Positions 25,357 to 38,700 of a stretch of DNA of 64,000 nt are shown here, piece by piece. The stretch spans positions 66,679 to 130,678 of the forward strand of contig BDGG01000003.1 of the NCBI GenBank assembly GCA_001949185.1, read 5' to 3'. The notes beneath the pieces are model-generated. The model was not told the origin of the DNA and made no database searches. It saw only the letters and a list, made by a program, of their open reading frames with translations. Each line of letters starts with the position of its first letter. Position 1 is the first letter of the stretch. This DNA is from Ramazzottius varieornatus. Taxonomy: Eukaryota; Animalia; Tardigrada. The translations under genes and the position numbers were made by a program.

Positions 25357-26539
25357 TAAATAGCCCAGCGCATGCACAGTTCGGCCCTACTAAAATGCGG
25401 AGTCTTTTGTGTGCATCTTTTTTGCAGCCATCCCACCTGTCATGCCAAAAAACAGTTTCGTATCGAAAAAAGTCGCAATCAAAGAACAAATTAATTCTGC
25501 ACAGATCCGTCTCATATTTCATCAATGGAGTACGAAAGTATGTCGGGGTCACTGAAAAAATACGATAGGTTTCTATTATTGAAAGTATTGGTTGGCCACT
25601 CTTGCTACTGTATTTCCTCCGAGGTCAAGCAATACGTCATCAGACCAGTGAATTACATCCAGGGCCTAATAGAACTGATCGCTTGATTGTAGCACATGCG
25701 GCGCTTGATTGGCCAGGGATTTTCGGTTGAAAACATTGCAAATTTTGTCTCCGCTAGGCAATTTTTACGGGCCTGTGACACGACAGCGCGAAACTTTGAA
25801 GGGAATACAGTGTCATGTTGACAGGATCTGATGGGTTTATCTGTAATGTCGACGAAAACATTTACAATGATTAGTGTGCAGTAGAGTGTGCATTCGTTGC
25901 CTCTGTCGATCTCGAGCAGACATTTGACCGTCGCGGAGAAACCCCTGCCACAGGAATCCGCCCTTTGACGGAAGTACCAACTCGCTACTTTCCGAAGGCT
26001 GTTTTCGCGTCCGCATACGTCAAAGTCTCCACCAACTCGATACCCGAGAAGTTCTTCTCGTTCTGTTCTGAGAGCCGGGCTTCTTAAAACAGAACAACCG
26101 GGCTAAGCTCTCGAAAAACCACGGCAGCGCCTCTTTCAGAATATGTAGTGTGACCAAAAACTTCTCGCGTAGTTGGTGGAAACTTCGACGAATGCACCAA
26201 TCGCGTAGAGACACGCTCGGATGCTGTCTCAATAGAATGAAAGTTAACGAAATTCAGACATTGTCGTTCGGAACTAAGAGCATTTTCTGGAGGTGGCGGC
26301 GAAGCTCTGTGTGGTTTACTCCTTTGCACTGGCGGAAAGATTTGAAACAAATTATTGGTATAAACTATTGTAAAATTGGGACTGTCGTTCCAGCTTCGTT
26401 GGCGAATACAATATGACAGGATACTGACGTTTTTCGCTTCCTTGTATGTCTGTTACTTTGCTGAACACTAGGGCAAGAAAGGAGGGCAGTTCGTGAACAG
26501 GACCAAGAATTTTAGTCGTAACTGTGTCTGGTGTTTCAG

Positions 26540-27322
26540 GGAGCTTTAGACGTAGCTGTGTTAATGTAACGCGCGTGATTGAGAAGATGTACGATCCTCC
26601 GGAGAAAGACCCCACAGTTACACCGACATACAGGTACGAGGGAGCGGTTGTTGAGTTGGCCGAAGTTGTTGAGTTGGCCGAAGTTGTTGAGTTAGGCCTT
26701 TTGGAGGCCTACTCCTAATAACTGGTGGCTAACTCAACAACCGTTCATACAGCCGGCTAACTCAATAACCTCTCCCTCGTACAGTTGGAAAGCTCAAGGG
26801 TACCTTACTCATTACGATGTGAACGACTGCTTTCCGGAAGACGCTGCTCCGCCGTCACAGTGCGACCAGACGGCACAGCAGTCTATACATCCTGGAACAG
26901 CATTTATTTTTCAAATGCCGAAGTGTAACGGAATACCACTTCTGAATATACCTTACGATCCCAATTACAATAAAACCGGGAAGGAGCCGAGTGTAGACTA
27001 TTACTTGCTAACCCAGCATAACGTGACGCTTGCTCCACTTCCCTACATCCCGACCAGGCCGACCACTTCAACAACAACTACCGCTCCAGCTACTCCAATG
27101 ACTATAACGACGACCACCACCACGACCAAACCGACAACAGTCCGGACTGCACCGACAAAATCAACTCCAACTACCCCTACCACTGAAGCCCCAAAAGTCA
27201 CTCAATCTGCAGCTGAAGCTACAACGTCTGCTGCTATGCACAATCATCTTCAGTTCTGGGGCAGCTCAATATGCTTTAGTTCCATCATCCTCTACTGGGG
27301 TCAAGACAAAAGCTGGCTGTAA
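26540..27322 (+). CDS. 3' part of a Cys-containing, Thr/Pro-rich surface protein with hydrophobic (GPI-like) tail; exons 26540-26633 and 26785-27322; 5' part unresolved, possibly a pseudogene
   Basis: The splice AG|GTACGA...TACAG|T joins ORF 26524 to ORF 26819 in frame (PTYSWKAQGYLTHYDVNDCFP). Mucin-like TTTT stalk and hydrophobic C-terminus. Confidence 0.55.
26637..26779. mobile_element. 143-bp mariner-like MITE making up almost the whole predicted intron 26634-26784
   Basis: TIRs CGAGGGAGMGGTTRTTGAGTTRGCCG, TA TSD at 26635-26636 and 26780-26781. Internal 18-bp tandem unit GTTGTTGAGTTGGCCGAA, two full copies plus a partial third. Confidence 0.85.
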
Positions 27323-28013
27323 AGTATCAAGACCCATACACCATACATGGGCGTATGAATTTTCATCTTAGCGGTCCTAGAGGTAATAAATCGTTTTGCA
27401 TCTCGAGTTCGTAAGTTTATCATGAGTGGGTTAGCCTGTTTGTGTGCTCTGTATGGTGCTTCCAAATTGTACGTCGTTTGCTGAGAGTTTTGTTTAGCAG
27501 GTCTTGTTGTTGTGTACTATCGATGTGAGCAAAACATTATGGTATCTTCAAAGAACTGCATGATTCTACAATACTGTGGACTACAAAACTCTGGGTCACA
27601 AGATTCACTCACGCCACTCTAAACATACCCATCTAAGTCTAGCAGATTCTTTGCCTTCTTTCGGGCCGTATCCTGGTTAATGATAACCCCACACGTTCTC
27701 GATGACATTTAAATCGAAGACTTTACTGGCCATGCACGGCACAACTGCAAAGCCTAGGCGTTCGAAGAAGCTTTTGGTATATCTAGTCAGAGACATCGCT
27801 TGTTCTGATCTTGTTCATAACTAGTCGAAACAGAATTGGTAATGCCTGTCCATCTTACCAGTTTTGAAAGCTTCGTTGTCCTACACTGTACAAGCACGCA
27901 CAAAATCAGGTGAACAGCAAGCATGGTTTACTGTATTTTGATAATGTCCTACGACATATGACGCACGTTTGTAGGTAGGCTTGCTGGAGTTGAAATTTAT
28001 CTACTGCTTCTGC

Positions 28014-28780
28014 TTAGACATTTAAGTTGGGAAAGGTTTGCTTGACTTGGTCTTTGATCTGCTCGTACGAACTTCCAAGAACCTGAAATATCAATATCAT
28101 TAACGATTAAGATTCATCAACCTCATCCGGTACCCAGCTCCCAAGTAGACTCCTGAGGCACACGACGATAGAACTTAGCTTACCGATTTGTAAGGCTCCA
28201 GAAGCGTGTAGACCTGCTTGATACCAGCTTCGATGGTGGTCTTGGCGGAGGTAGTTCTGTCCTGGAGAACCTTTTCGGCTTGGTCCTTCTCGGCTCCGTT
28301 CAAACCTTGAGCGATGTCTTGGGCTCTCTTTCTCAATTCTACTACCTCCTTCCCTTGCTCTGCATAACATACGAGCATGGTGATTTCCAAGACCTCAATT
28401 TATAATGCATTCCGGTTTCTAAGGTCTGTGAATGTAAAATACATACGGACGGCCTGCTTAGCTACAGCCATAACTTCATCTCCAACAACGATCTGTAAGT
28501 TGATCTTGGTATTGGGATCATGATCTACAAAGTCCAACAGAAAATTCGACAGAACCGCTGACACTAAAAACTGTGTTTGAAAAAAGGTAACAAGGTCGAA
28601 CTCGAGGGTACCTTTGAGGATGGCAGCCGCCTTCTTGAAAGCCGAAACGATCTCGGCGGTCTTGGCGTCGTACTCGCTGATGACAGAGTTGAACTGGTCC
28701 ATGGTAGCTGTGTTGGTGGCTGAGGAGGAAATAGTGAAAACGGAGAGAAGGAGCACTACGAAGGTTAGAACTGGCTTCAT
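28014..28780 (-). CDS. Small secreted alpha-helical protein of unknown function, 4 exons
   Basis: Signal peptide MKPVLTFVVLLLSVFTISSS. GT-AG introns join in frame to ...LEITMLVCYAEQGKE...PYKS|VLGSSYEQIKDQVKQTFPNLNV*. Confidence 0.75.
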
Positions 28781-29316
28781 GGTGATTATATTCCTTGATG
28801 GGTGAAACTTCGAGAGAAAAATCTACATACAGTGTTAGAAGTGCAAAGATCATGGTTGTTATATCCCTCGCATTTTGCCTGAACAAATAATTTATCGGCA
28901 CTGAAGCTGTGAAATGATAGGATATTCCTATTTACTCAAACCTATCGGGACTGCGATAAATATTATGTCATTTGTGCAAATTCGATAACAGTCCATGCCC
29001 TTGATAAAAGCTGCCAGCAGCACCAAGTACTAGCTGTCACCACAGGGTAACTCCAAAGGATAAGTGGAACCCACTTAATTAGACCTTCGCTTTGGTGAAG
29101 GCTTGCCCCTGCTGAAACGAACAGGAAGCATCGCACAAAAATATTGCAAGGTCGAAACACTCAGTCAGAAGCTTAACCCTGGAGAGTCGGAGTCAAAACA
29201 GTTAAGCACCGCAGAAGGAGGAGTTGACAGCGTAAAATGAGGCGTCGTCTTCGGGATCTTTCTGCAGCTGAATGCATGCTATTCCAAAGAAACAGCACTA
29301 ACACACAGAAGGATCG

Positions 29317-29371
29317 ATGGCATCACCGGTACCTCTGTGGATGCGATCCACCGAGGTGCCGGTGATGCCAT
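29317..29371. repeat. 55-bp near-perfect hairpin
   Basis: ATGGCATCACCGGTACCTCTGTGGAT-GCG-ATCCACCGAGGTGCCGGTGATGCCAT: 26-bp stem with 2 non-Watson-Crick pairs. Confidence 0.8.
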
Positions 29372-32300
29372 GCTTCAAAGACAAGACACTTACTTAGTCT
29401 GGCCTTGGACTCGCGCACAGAGTATTCCGTTCTGCAGGAACCGCTACCTTCTGATGAGTTCGCGCTTTAAATCCGCCATTATTCTTTCATCGACTGAATT
29501 TTGTCACAACAGAAGAACAATTCTCCAGCTCCAAGATGCGCGCTGTACAAGCTCGCTCACTGCTGATTCGACCGGAGCGCGCCTGCGCGGGAAACCGTGC
29601 GTACTGCTTTCGTACGTGCACTCCTTCGCGCTAGGTGGCGTTCGGTAGCACACGACTCATTAAACCCATGGGCTCACCTCGACTGTGCCTATGTGCAGCA
29701 ATTCGATCTTGTCTGAGGTTCTGGTCTGTTCTTTTTGGCTGATTATTTGACCTTATTATCGCACTCAGCTCCGTAAAGAACTTTCAAATCTATCGTCGCC
29801 CGCCCAATATACGATTGCTCCAGTTAGATTCCTCTCTACCGTATCCCTCTTGCAGAAAACATCAAGTTTGTTTCTGTATGCGGAAACGTCAACTTCATTA
29901 TGTGGTCATAACGGTAGCTTTTCCCTTCAGTTCTACAGAGTACTGTAACTTGAAAGCCAAGTTCTCCCTCTGTGGACGATCGGTCTACAGCAACAGGTTG
30001 TTGAAGATAGTCTGCGAACAATCCTTTGCTGTCCTAATGCTGGGACGGAAGGAAGGATAGCAAGCTAAGCGCAAAGGGTACTTCCATTTCAGTGTTGTCA
30101 TGTGGTGCGTTATCTGACGGTGCCAGTCAGAAGTTTGCTTGGAGCGAGAACAAGACAAGATCACCGTCGACTTGGGTAAGTTGTAAGTGTAGCGAAAACA
30201 AGTACACGCTGATGAGATTGCGAGCCAAGAAGTGAGAAGCGGTACAGTGTGCGCGGATTGGCGGATACATATCTACTCTGCGTGAAGAACTGGCTACAGT
30301 CTTCAGCACACGTCCTTGTGTAATGGGCTATGCTGGATGGATAGGCGGGAGATAGAGACAGAGTACGTGCTACACTTCAGCAGCACAGCTCATGTCAGCG
30401 GATGCGAATCCAGCCAGAGCTTACGCATCAAAAAGTTGATGCATAAACCACTTGTTGCTCACAAAACTTTTCCTAGCTAGCCTTGTTGTGCCGGCAGAAG
30501 GCTTTTCAGCCATCGAGGCATCTTGCTCTCTTATGCCTGCACTTTCGCTCTTTTCAAGCCTTTCCCCGCTTTACATTCTTCAACTCTATTGCTCTTCATG
30601 CGAGGCCCATGTTTGCTCAAGGGTAGAGGAAGCAGAAACCACTTTTTATACCGGGGCAGTTCTCCATCGGCGTTATGGCTGTGTGCGCATGAAAATTTGA
30701 TCGTTGAGTGAATCACAGTGTAATCCGCCCTCTTTTACATTCCACTGTACTCTTCTCTGCTCTCGCCGGCGAAGAACAACACGTAGGTTGAGGAATATAA
30801 TCCTTCCAAATTCTTTTTATTCTTATCGATATCTTATTAATAGTACTCACTTTCAATCGTAATTTTTTAACATAAGTAAAAAACATTCAGCATTAATTTT
30901 TCTATTCTTCGGTGAGAGATTTTTGGAGTGATCTGAGAAAATGAAAACAGTATGATCCCTTGCGGCGGTGACGTAACCACCATTAAAGAGTAGTAGTTAG
31001 AATTCTTTCTGGCTTTCACTTTCTTCTTGAGATCGCTCGGCTGTTCGTCTACCGGCAACAGTTCCTACTATGATTTGTATCAGGCAATTCCGTTGGTGAT
31101 GTGACGCGATATTTATCGGTGGGCAGTAGTTGCAGAGCAGAGACGAACGTGGAGAACTTTTGATGATAAGTTCCATGATCCGAACACAATCTCTAATCGG
31201 TATCTCTGTTGCTCCATTTTAGACAGTGCTCTCACTTTCTATCGCTCGACAACGTCCGAAGCATTCATACCGTGATCAAAGTTGGATCGGAGAACGCTGG
31301 CCATCACGCTCTTCATTCCCAAGCCTTTTAACGACCCATTCCACCCTAGATCTCCACCCATATAACTCCTCGTGAAACCGCCAGGCACGAAGAACGCCGA
31401 CTGTGATCCAACATGAACCGCCGGAAACAGACCGCGCCCAAACAGCGTAATTCACCCGGTGAGTCCTCAGTTCTCGATAGTTTATTATGGCTCCTCCCAA
31501 AACAATCGTCACATATATGTTCAACGGAACACAAACTCGAAAATTTTCTTGAAATTTTTCCCATATTTTCGTGCTAAAATATCAACGATGGAAGCCAGCA
31601 TCCGTTTCATTCGAGTATCTATTTATTATTATGGGCGTGATCGATGGGAACCGTTACTAAAAACTTGCTTCATATGAGCAGCCGACACAGCGGCAGCGTT
31701 ACCTGACATTCTGAGGGTAAAACATTTGTTCTTGCTAATTCTCGACATGAAGGTTGGTGTACTCCATGTATAACGTCTGTTTCTTCCCTACGTTGATTGT
31801 GAGATGGTTCTGGTTGGATGCGGTAGTGATGTGAGATAATACGGAAACATCCGGCTGGTCAGACCGGTTTGACATTGAAGCAACCTTCCGAGTCTCGTCC
31901 TATTCAAGGTGGTCTAATTGTTGTCGGAGGATTCTCCCTCAGCCAAGTACAGGTGTGATGTGTGCCGGTATTATCGTTCAGCCGGGCTCAAGATTGTCTT
32001 GGACAGTACACTGTAGCTGGTATCACCTGACAAGGCATGATAAGCGCTCCGTTCAGCATAACGCGCATGGCTGCCGAAGATAATGGGCTCGGCATGGAGA
32101 TGCCTGGCTGATCTTGTTTTCCAAAGATTGTGAGCGCGGCCACAAAATGCACAATGACGAGGCTGCCTAAGTTTGACAGGGGCAGAGTAAAACAGACGAC
32201 ATCCCTCTTCGGAGGACTACGCTGAACGGTATGGAAAGGTTTCCCACCGTTAGACGCCCAAAAAAGTGGTGGATTTGAAGAGGATATCGAATAGCTAAAT

Positions 32301-35300
32301 TAAGAAAGAATTCTTCCGCATGACTTTAGCACGAACTTGTCCTTGAAAGCATCAAGTGCGTTTACTGCAAAAATTTTCCTTTTTTTCCTGAGGTTTCTCT
32401 AACTCTTTTGTTAGGAGTCTTTGATGTGCTTTTGCGCAACGCATAGCCCAGAGGAACATGGTTACCTGTGAAAGCGCGGTTTATCTTGTGAGAAATGCAG
32501 CAGATTTCTGCTTATGATGCTAGTCTTGTGTTCGAGTGCCAAGAAATGCGGTGATGGTAGATTAGGAGAGAAGTGATGCATGGCATGGCTGCTGTGTACA
32601 AAGATAATCCTGAAGAATGGAAGGCCTAGGTTCAGCTAGGTCTCCAATGTTCAATGTTGTACCTGGCTGCGCTCTTTGATCTGGCAACGAAAACTGGCTT
32701 GACTTGTCCGTCGAGGAGTGATAGATACAGTACTCTGCTTGTGAGAGAGTAAGAGTCAAAGTTGCAGCATTGCGAAGAACCATTATTCGACTATGGCAAG
32801 AACTCAGCAGGAACCTAGTGCAGCTGCAGGGACCCAACGCTGTAGCGTACCGGTGATTGCGATTAGCTAATCTTTACTTTCACTTTCATCTTATTGCATC
32901 GTCCCCTCCGGCAGTGTTGTCTGTTACGGAGGTCTGATGCTTTATTCTATTTGACGTTAAGACGTTCTTTGTGTGATGCAGGATCGTAAGAAAATTGTTG
33001 AATTGTTATTATCGTTACCAAGAAAAGAAAGTAAAAAAAATGGAAAACTTCCCAAGTTAGTCTCGACGATGGCGATAAGAGCACGTAGAAGATATGAGGT
33101 ATGCTGATAAATTTCTCCGGAAAAGGAGACTGATGAATTTATTCTCGGAACTTCCGTGTTGTTTGTGAGGAGTTTTTGCGTACTCGTCAAACGAGATTTC
33201 GCCGGTGTAAGCTCGACGAGCTGTTGCGATGCAGTTTGTGTTGGAGACAGTCAAGGTGAGAGAGATGGGAAGTGGTTCTTGCCGTCCTTGTCTGTTCGCT
33301 TCCGCAACCTTGCAGAAACACGAAAACCGGTTCTTACGTAAGTGAAGAGAACTCACTCTCTTTGCGCTTCCATGATGCCGATTGGCGCTATGTTAGCTTG
33401 CTCAACAATGCGATCACGTTCTGGCGTTTTGGCACAAAGATCGAGAGTTGCGTTGAAGTGAAGTGATTGCAGCAGCACAACCAACAACAAGAGGAGGAAA
33501 CAAGAAGACAAAATCTCAACGACGAGAATGCTAAAGTGTGGCAGAATATCTGACGTGGGCACTTTTTTCCTGACTTTCATCGCGCCCTTCAAAGTGCCGC
33601 GCCAAAAAGTCTTCTGTCTTTAGGAAACAGAGGCAGTCTCTTTTTTTTGCACTCTCCTTGCATCTGTGAGGAACATAGTCGAGTTCGTGGAACTAACTGT
33701 AGAACACAGCATGCTTGAATCAGTTTTCAAAATACCGGCTGAAAACATTGAAGTGCAATGGCTTCAAAATGGGAGGACGACAAACAAAACGTTGCAAGCA
33801 GCAAGATCAAAAAACGACAGTTGCGCACAGTCCAGTCAAAAATAACGAAAACCTGCGTCTGTTGAGACGACGATCTCGTACTTCTCGTTAGCAGGTTTTT
33901 GGTTATTTTGGTCTTTTTCAACGATTATTCTTGCGAAAGGTTTGTGAAAATTCATGGCAAGATTGTCTGGACTTCAAATTGGGCAAAAGTCGGCGCCAGC
34001 GTAGTGATCGAAGTTGAATTCGACGTTGGAGAAACAAGATCTTTGATTGTCTGCTATAAATTTTATCTCGTCTCCACTTTTATACGGGATGAGAGAACTT
34101 GATGGTTATGAGGGAAAATGAGGCATGGTCGTAAAAGGAGATGACAGGGTAGGTAAACACACAGAAGTCGACTTGTCGACGGCTCCGTAATTGACTCTTT
34201 ATACAGACTGCGTACTTGTTCACTTTCTGACCACTGGTCAGTTTGGCCTGTTAATTCTCCCAGCAAAGACAACTGCGCTTTCTTCTTCGGGAGGTACAAG
34301 AGGGTAGCCCGAAGAGATCCGCCTTCACATCCTGTATCTCATGCTTTATCGTTACGGGTCAGTCGACCATCTACCTGCAAATCATCTCCTGCATCCTAGC
34401 TTCTTCTTCTGTGAGAACACACAGAAACCAGAACAGGACACTGGCCAGCTTTGTCTGCATGCTAATCGCTCTTCTCGAGCATGTACACAGAGAGGAAAGA
34501 GTATTCCTGGAGTATCCGGGCAGAGAGTGAAGTGTCCGTAATAGGACGTACACGCATCTCCGGCAGGTACAGGTACATGCCTCCCTTCTCCCTCTTCCCA
34601 CCCACTTCTTCTCTTCTTTCCTCGACTTGCGGAGGAATCTATAGGATGTTTGCTTCTTCGCCTGACTTGAGAGATTGGCAGTGCAGACGGATCATCTTTC
34701 TTCCCCGACCTGTGCATGATTCCTCAAGATGACTCCTAGGAGTACCGTCTGAACTTTCTTTTATCCTTGGTGGGATGTAACTATGGAATCTTCTATCATT
34801 GGTCCTTTCTCACCGGCTGACCACTGTCCATCCTTTCTTCAGAACCTTGATCTTTGGAAGTTCTATCAAGCAACGATTTTGTGGCATTGACGGCAATTTT
34901 TTGGAAAATATTTCGGAAAGTCGGGATTATTTTTATGATTTTTGTGGGTCGTTATCGGGAATTATTATAAGGTAACAGATATTCGTGGGGTGTTGGAAGG
35001 GATCTTCGGCTTCTGAGTCTGGAGGGTTCGCTGCGTATTCAAATTTTCCTGTTGATTGACTGAGGCAAAATGGACGAGGAAGTTGGTCTTCCGCCCTTGC
35101 TGATGGACATGGTTCAAGGTACAGTAGCAGTACGGATGTTATTCTGGGCTCTAGCAGATCAAGATAGAGCGTGATCTGGCACAAGAACAGTTCAAGCTCT
35201 TATCTCTCTCATCGTTAAGATTTTTTTCTGGCTACTCAGCGGAAGGAACTTGTTGTTTAGATGCAGACAGAAGCTTCCTTCTCAAGGACGGTGCGATGTT

Positions 35301-35775
35301 TGATGGCGCGTTGCCCAGTCACGTGACCAGTTGTCCGTCTGGGCAATGGTCAGGTGCGATCCCAGATGGGCTTGTGGATGAATGACAAGCATGGGCGCAG
35401 TGTGGGCGAGTGGCTGGGTCTGCAGGCAGCTGATTGAGTGATCGCGCTTTTCGCAAGGCCCACCTCGGCCTTTTGAGTGCAGTAGGCTAAACCGGATCTT
35501 TCCGCCTACACATTTCGCAATGCTTTGGTCCTGAAAAAGGGTTTCTAGTTTTCTTCCCGGATTTCACTTCTCCCCGGGCAAGATTAGGTATTTTGAAGCC
35601 TTTTTGCGCTGGCTCTGGATATAGGGACCTTTTCCGCTCGACCTTTAGGATAATTGTTTGTTGATACGAGTAATTCTGGTGCTAATTTGCCTGTCGACAT
35701 CTGAGCTGATGGAGGAGATGGAAGAAGCTTTGCGTTCAATCATACTCACTAGTGATTTACTGCTGCGTGTTTTAG

Positions 35776-38700
35776 ATAAAACTCTGGTAACGGCGGCTGC
35801 AGATGCAACGGCGGAGATTACGGCAGACGACCAGCATCAAGACGAGCAGGACGAGAAGGCCGTAACGATGTCGCCGGATACCAGCACAATCGCCAGCAGG
35901 AGCTCGGTATCAAATGACGCCTGTTGCACACCCGATAACACCGAACACTTATCTCAGCAACAAGTGGCAACGACTCCGCCGTCGTCGGAAAGAGCTCTGT
36001 TCAGCGCGATGCAATCGTGCCCGTCCGGCCAAAAGAGCAAGGAGCATCTCCATCTCGAATCGTCACGAAACATTCCGGTAAGACTGATCGAGTTGACTTT
36101 CCATCATCGTTTGGCCTGTTTGCACCCAGGAGAAAGGCCTTATCTTTCCCACAGTTCGTTCCGTACTTCCTGCCCGGCTTTTCAAGCCTAGAACTACTTG
36201 TTATATTCCGGAAAACTCTTCAGGAAGAAGCTTCACGAATCATGGAAAACTTTTTATATACTGTAGAAGTGAGAAGTCAGAATCAAAACAAAACATTTCC
36301 TTTCAATCAAAGAATCAATAAATTTCCTGTTTGGTCACGTGCTGCTGCTGGTTTATAATGAGATCGCGGGGTCTCTTGTGGATGACGCAATCGCAGAAAA
36401 TGAATTGTATAGCTTCACATGAGGGTTAGACATTGCGGCCTGCCATCGCTCTCGAGTTACCGTGGATCTTTTCCGCCATTTCGCCTTCTTTGTTGAATAT
36501 TCTGATCACGGTCTTCTGTTTCAGGTTTCACGTGAAGGAAGTGACGTTACCGAGTCGAAAGATTCCGGTAAAGCCACTCGACGCTACCAGTGTGACGCCT
36601 GCGGACGGCTTCTCAGCACTTCCACTTCTCTGGAGCGCCACATGCTGACCCACACAGGACAGCGTCCCTTTCCTTGTCCCCTGTGCCCCATCTGCTTCAC
36701 CACCAACGGCAACCTTCTTCGTCACATGAAGAGCTGCCATGAAATCAACCACGATGTTCCTTCCCAAGCTCCACAGACTTCACAGACCAGCGGTCAACTC
36801 GGCCTTTTGGAAATGTCTCCCGCCACTCAAGCTTTGTTAAGTGGCGCACTTCCGTTCAGTCAGCCAATACTGAACATCTCCCCCGACACAAGCTTTAATA
36901 GTCCTGCCAGTGAAGATAGGGATGATGAGAAGGATAGGGAAGGCAGTGATGCGGGTATGCAAGACTCGTCCAAGTACAAGCCATTCCTGTGCACGCTGTG
37001 TGATAAGGTCTTCAGTACTCGCACCAACTGTGAACGTCACATCAGGAACAGACATTCCGAACGAACATATTCCAGAACAGAACTGGTTAAGATGATCAAG
37101 TTCATTCCGAAGAACTCGAAAGAGAGCCATGCAATTTGTAAATATTGCAAGAAGGATTTCCTGTCGAATAAGATGCTGAAGCACCATCTGAGATCGCCGT
37201 ATTCCAGCTGCCGACGGAAACCTTTCGCCTGCCAACTTTGCGAGGTAGTCAGATGCCCCAACACCTTTTTTCTTTCAATTTCTACCGTTTTGGAAAATAA
37301 TGACAGTAAACTGCAGTTGACGAGCAAGATAAAGCATCAGCAAGTCAGCTCCATAGTTTCTCGAGCGCCTGCATACACAAAGCAACCCGTTGTGCAATCT
37401 AACGTGCGTATGCAGGTGGATGAAAGCTCGACCCATCCTCCTGCACGCATCTGCATGCACGTCTGTTATGGCTGTTCCAGGATTTGTGTGTGCAGGTGGA
37501 TGAAGGATTAAGTTGGGACGCTCTGTGTTGGAAAGTGCCAAAAACAAATTTGTTCTTTAGGCGACGTTTTCTACGAGGAACAACTGCATCCGACACATCT
37601 CCAACCTTCATCCAGAACGAAAGGCAGACTACAAGACGCTGATTGTCCTGAACGCGCCAGTCCCGATGGGTGATAACGAGTACGGAATGGACATGGCTGA
37701 CGACGACGGGTCGCCACCCACCATGGCCATTCTCTCTCCTGGCGTTATGAGTAGCTTCTCCAGCCACAACGCCATGGACACCTCAACGGATATGGGATAC
37801 GCCGAGGATTCAAGAGCGGAAAGTCCAGAGGAGGCGTCTTTCTCGGAGACGTTCTCGCCGGAAAACCACGCTATGAGTTTCTCACCTGAAGGTACGGAAA
37901 CACCCAATTTCAACGTAAAAAACCAACCGTAAAGTTTGTTTTCTCGTCAGTATATTTGCAAATAACTTATAAATAATATAAAAAAATAAAACCCAACGAG
38001 TATTAGAATATTCTTGCATGAAACTATATATATTCTTCGCAAATTCCGAACAAAATTCTCAATTCTAACGTGAAATTGAAAAATAAGATTGAATAAGAGC
38101 CAAGTTTTTCCACGATTTTTCTGACAGGTTTCGTGGATGACGCTTTGGATCTGACGATGGGTCCTCTGGACTTGAGTCTAAAAAAGCGCAACAGTCCAGA
38201 CGATGTTCGGTCGTCGCCGACCAGCTGGTTCGCGCGGCAGGACCAGTGCTTGAAGCGAGGGAAAAACGCGGTTGGATTAAACTTCGGTGGTGCGTCCAGA
38301 GGGAAGAAGAGCCCGATGGTCAGCGTGAGTAGCCTTATGCAGGAACGGGCAGTGCCATTCAGGGCCATGGCGACCAACGGAGGCAATGGGCCGATGAATG
38401 AGAAGGCTGAGGGAACTGAGAAGAACTCGCGAGCGTCGAAGCGACCTCGACCGTATATTTGCCAGTATTGCGGCATCGGCTTCACCATTCGAGGTAAAAA
38501 GACCTTGTCAAAAATCGAGCAAATAAAGAGGTCGCACGCTAATGTTTTATTCCCAGAGAGAAATGTGCAATGGTGGTAATTTGATTAGTTTACCTTTTCT
38601 CGAAATCGGAATTGTGAACTCTGCAGACAAACTCGATGACACCGAATTTTCAAGTGGCGCACTTTCTCAGTCATATTTGCTAACAGCGTGCGTCACTTGA

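Noticed and set aside
26652-26700. Short tandem repeats resembling a CRISPR or peptide repeat (VVELAE x3)
   Set aside because: No spacers; these are subterminal repeats within a MITE in a eukaryotic genome.
34481-34572. Candidate first exon of peb
   Set aside because: Donor phase (2) does not match the phase-1 acceptor at 35776.
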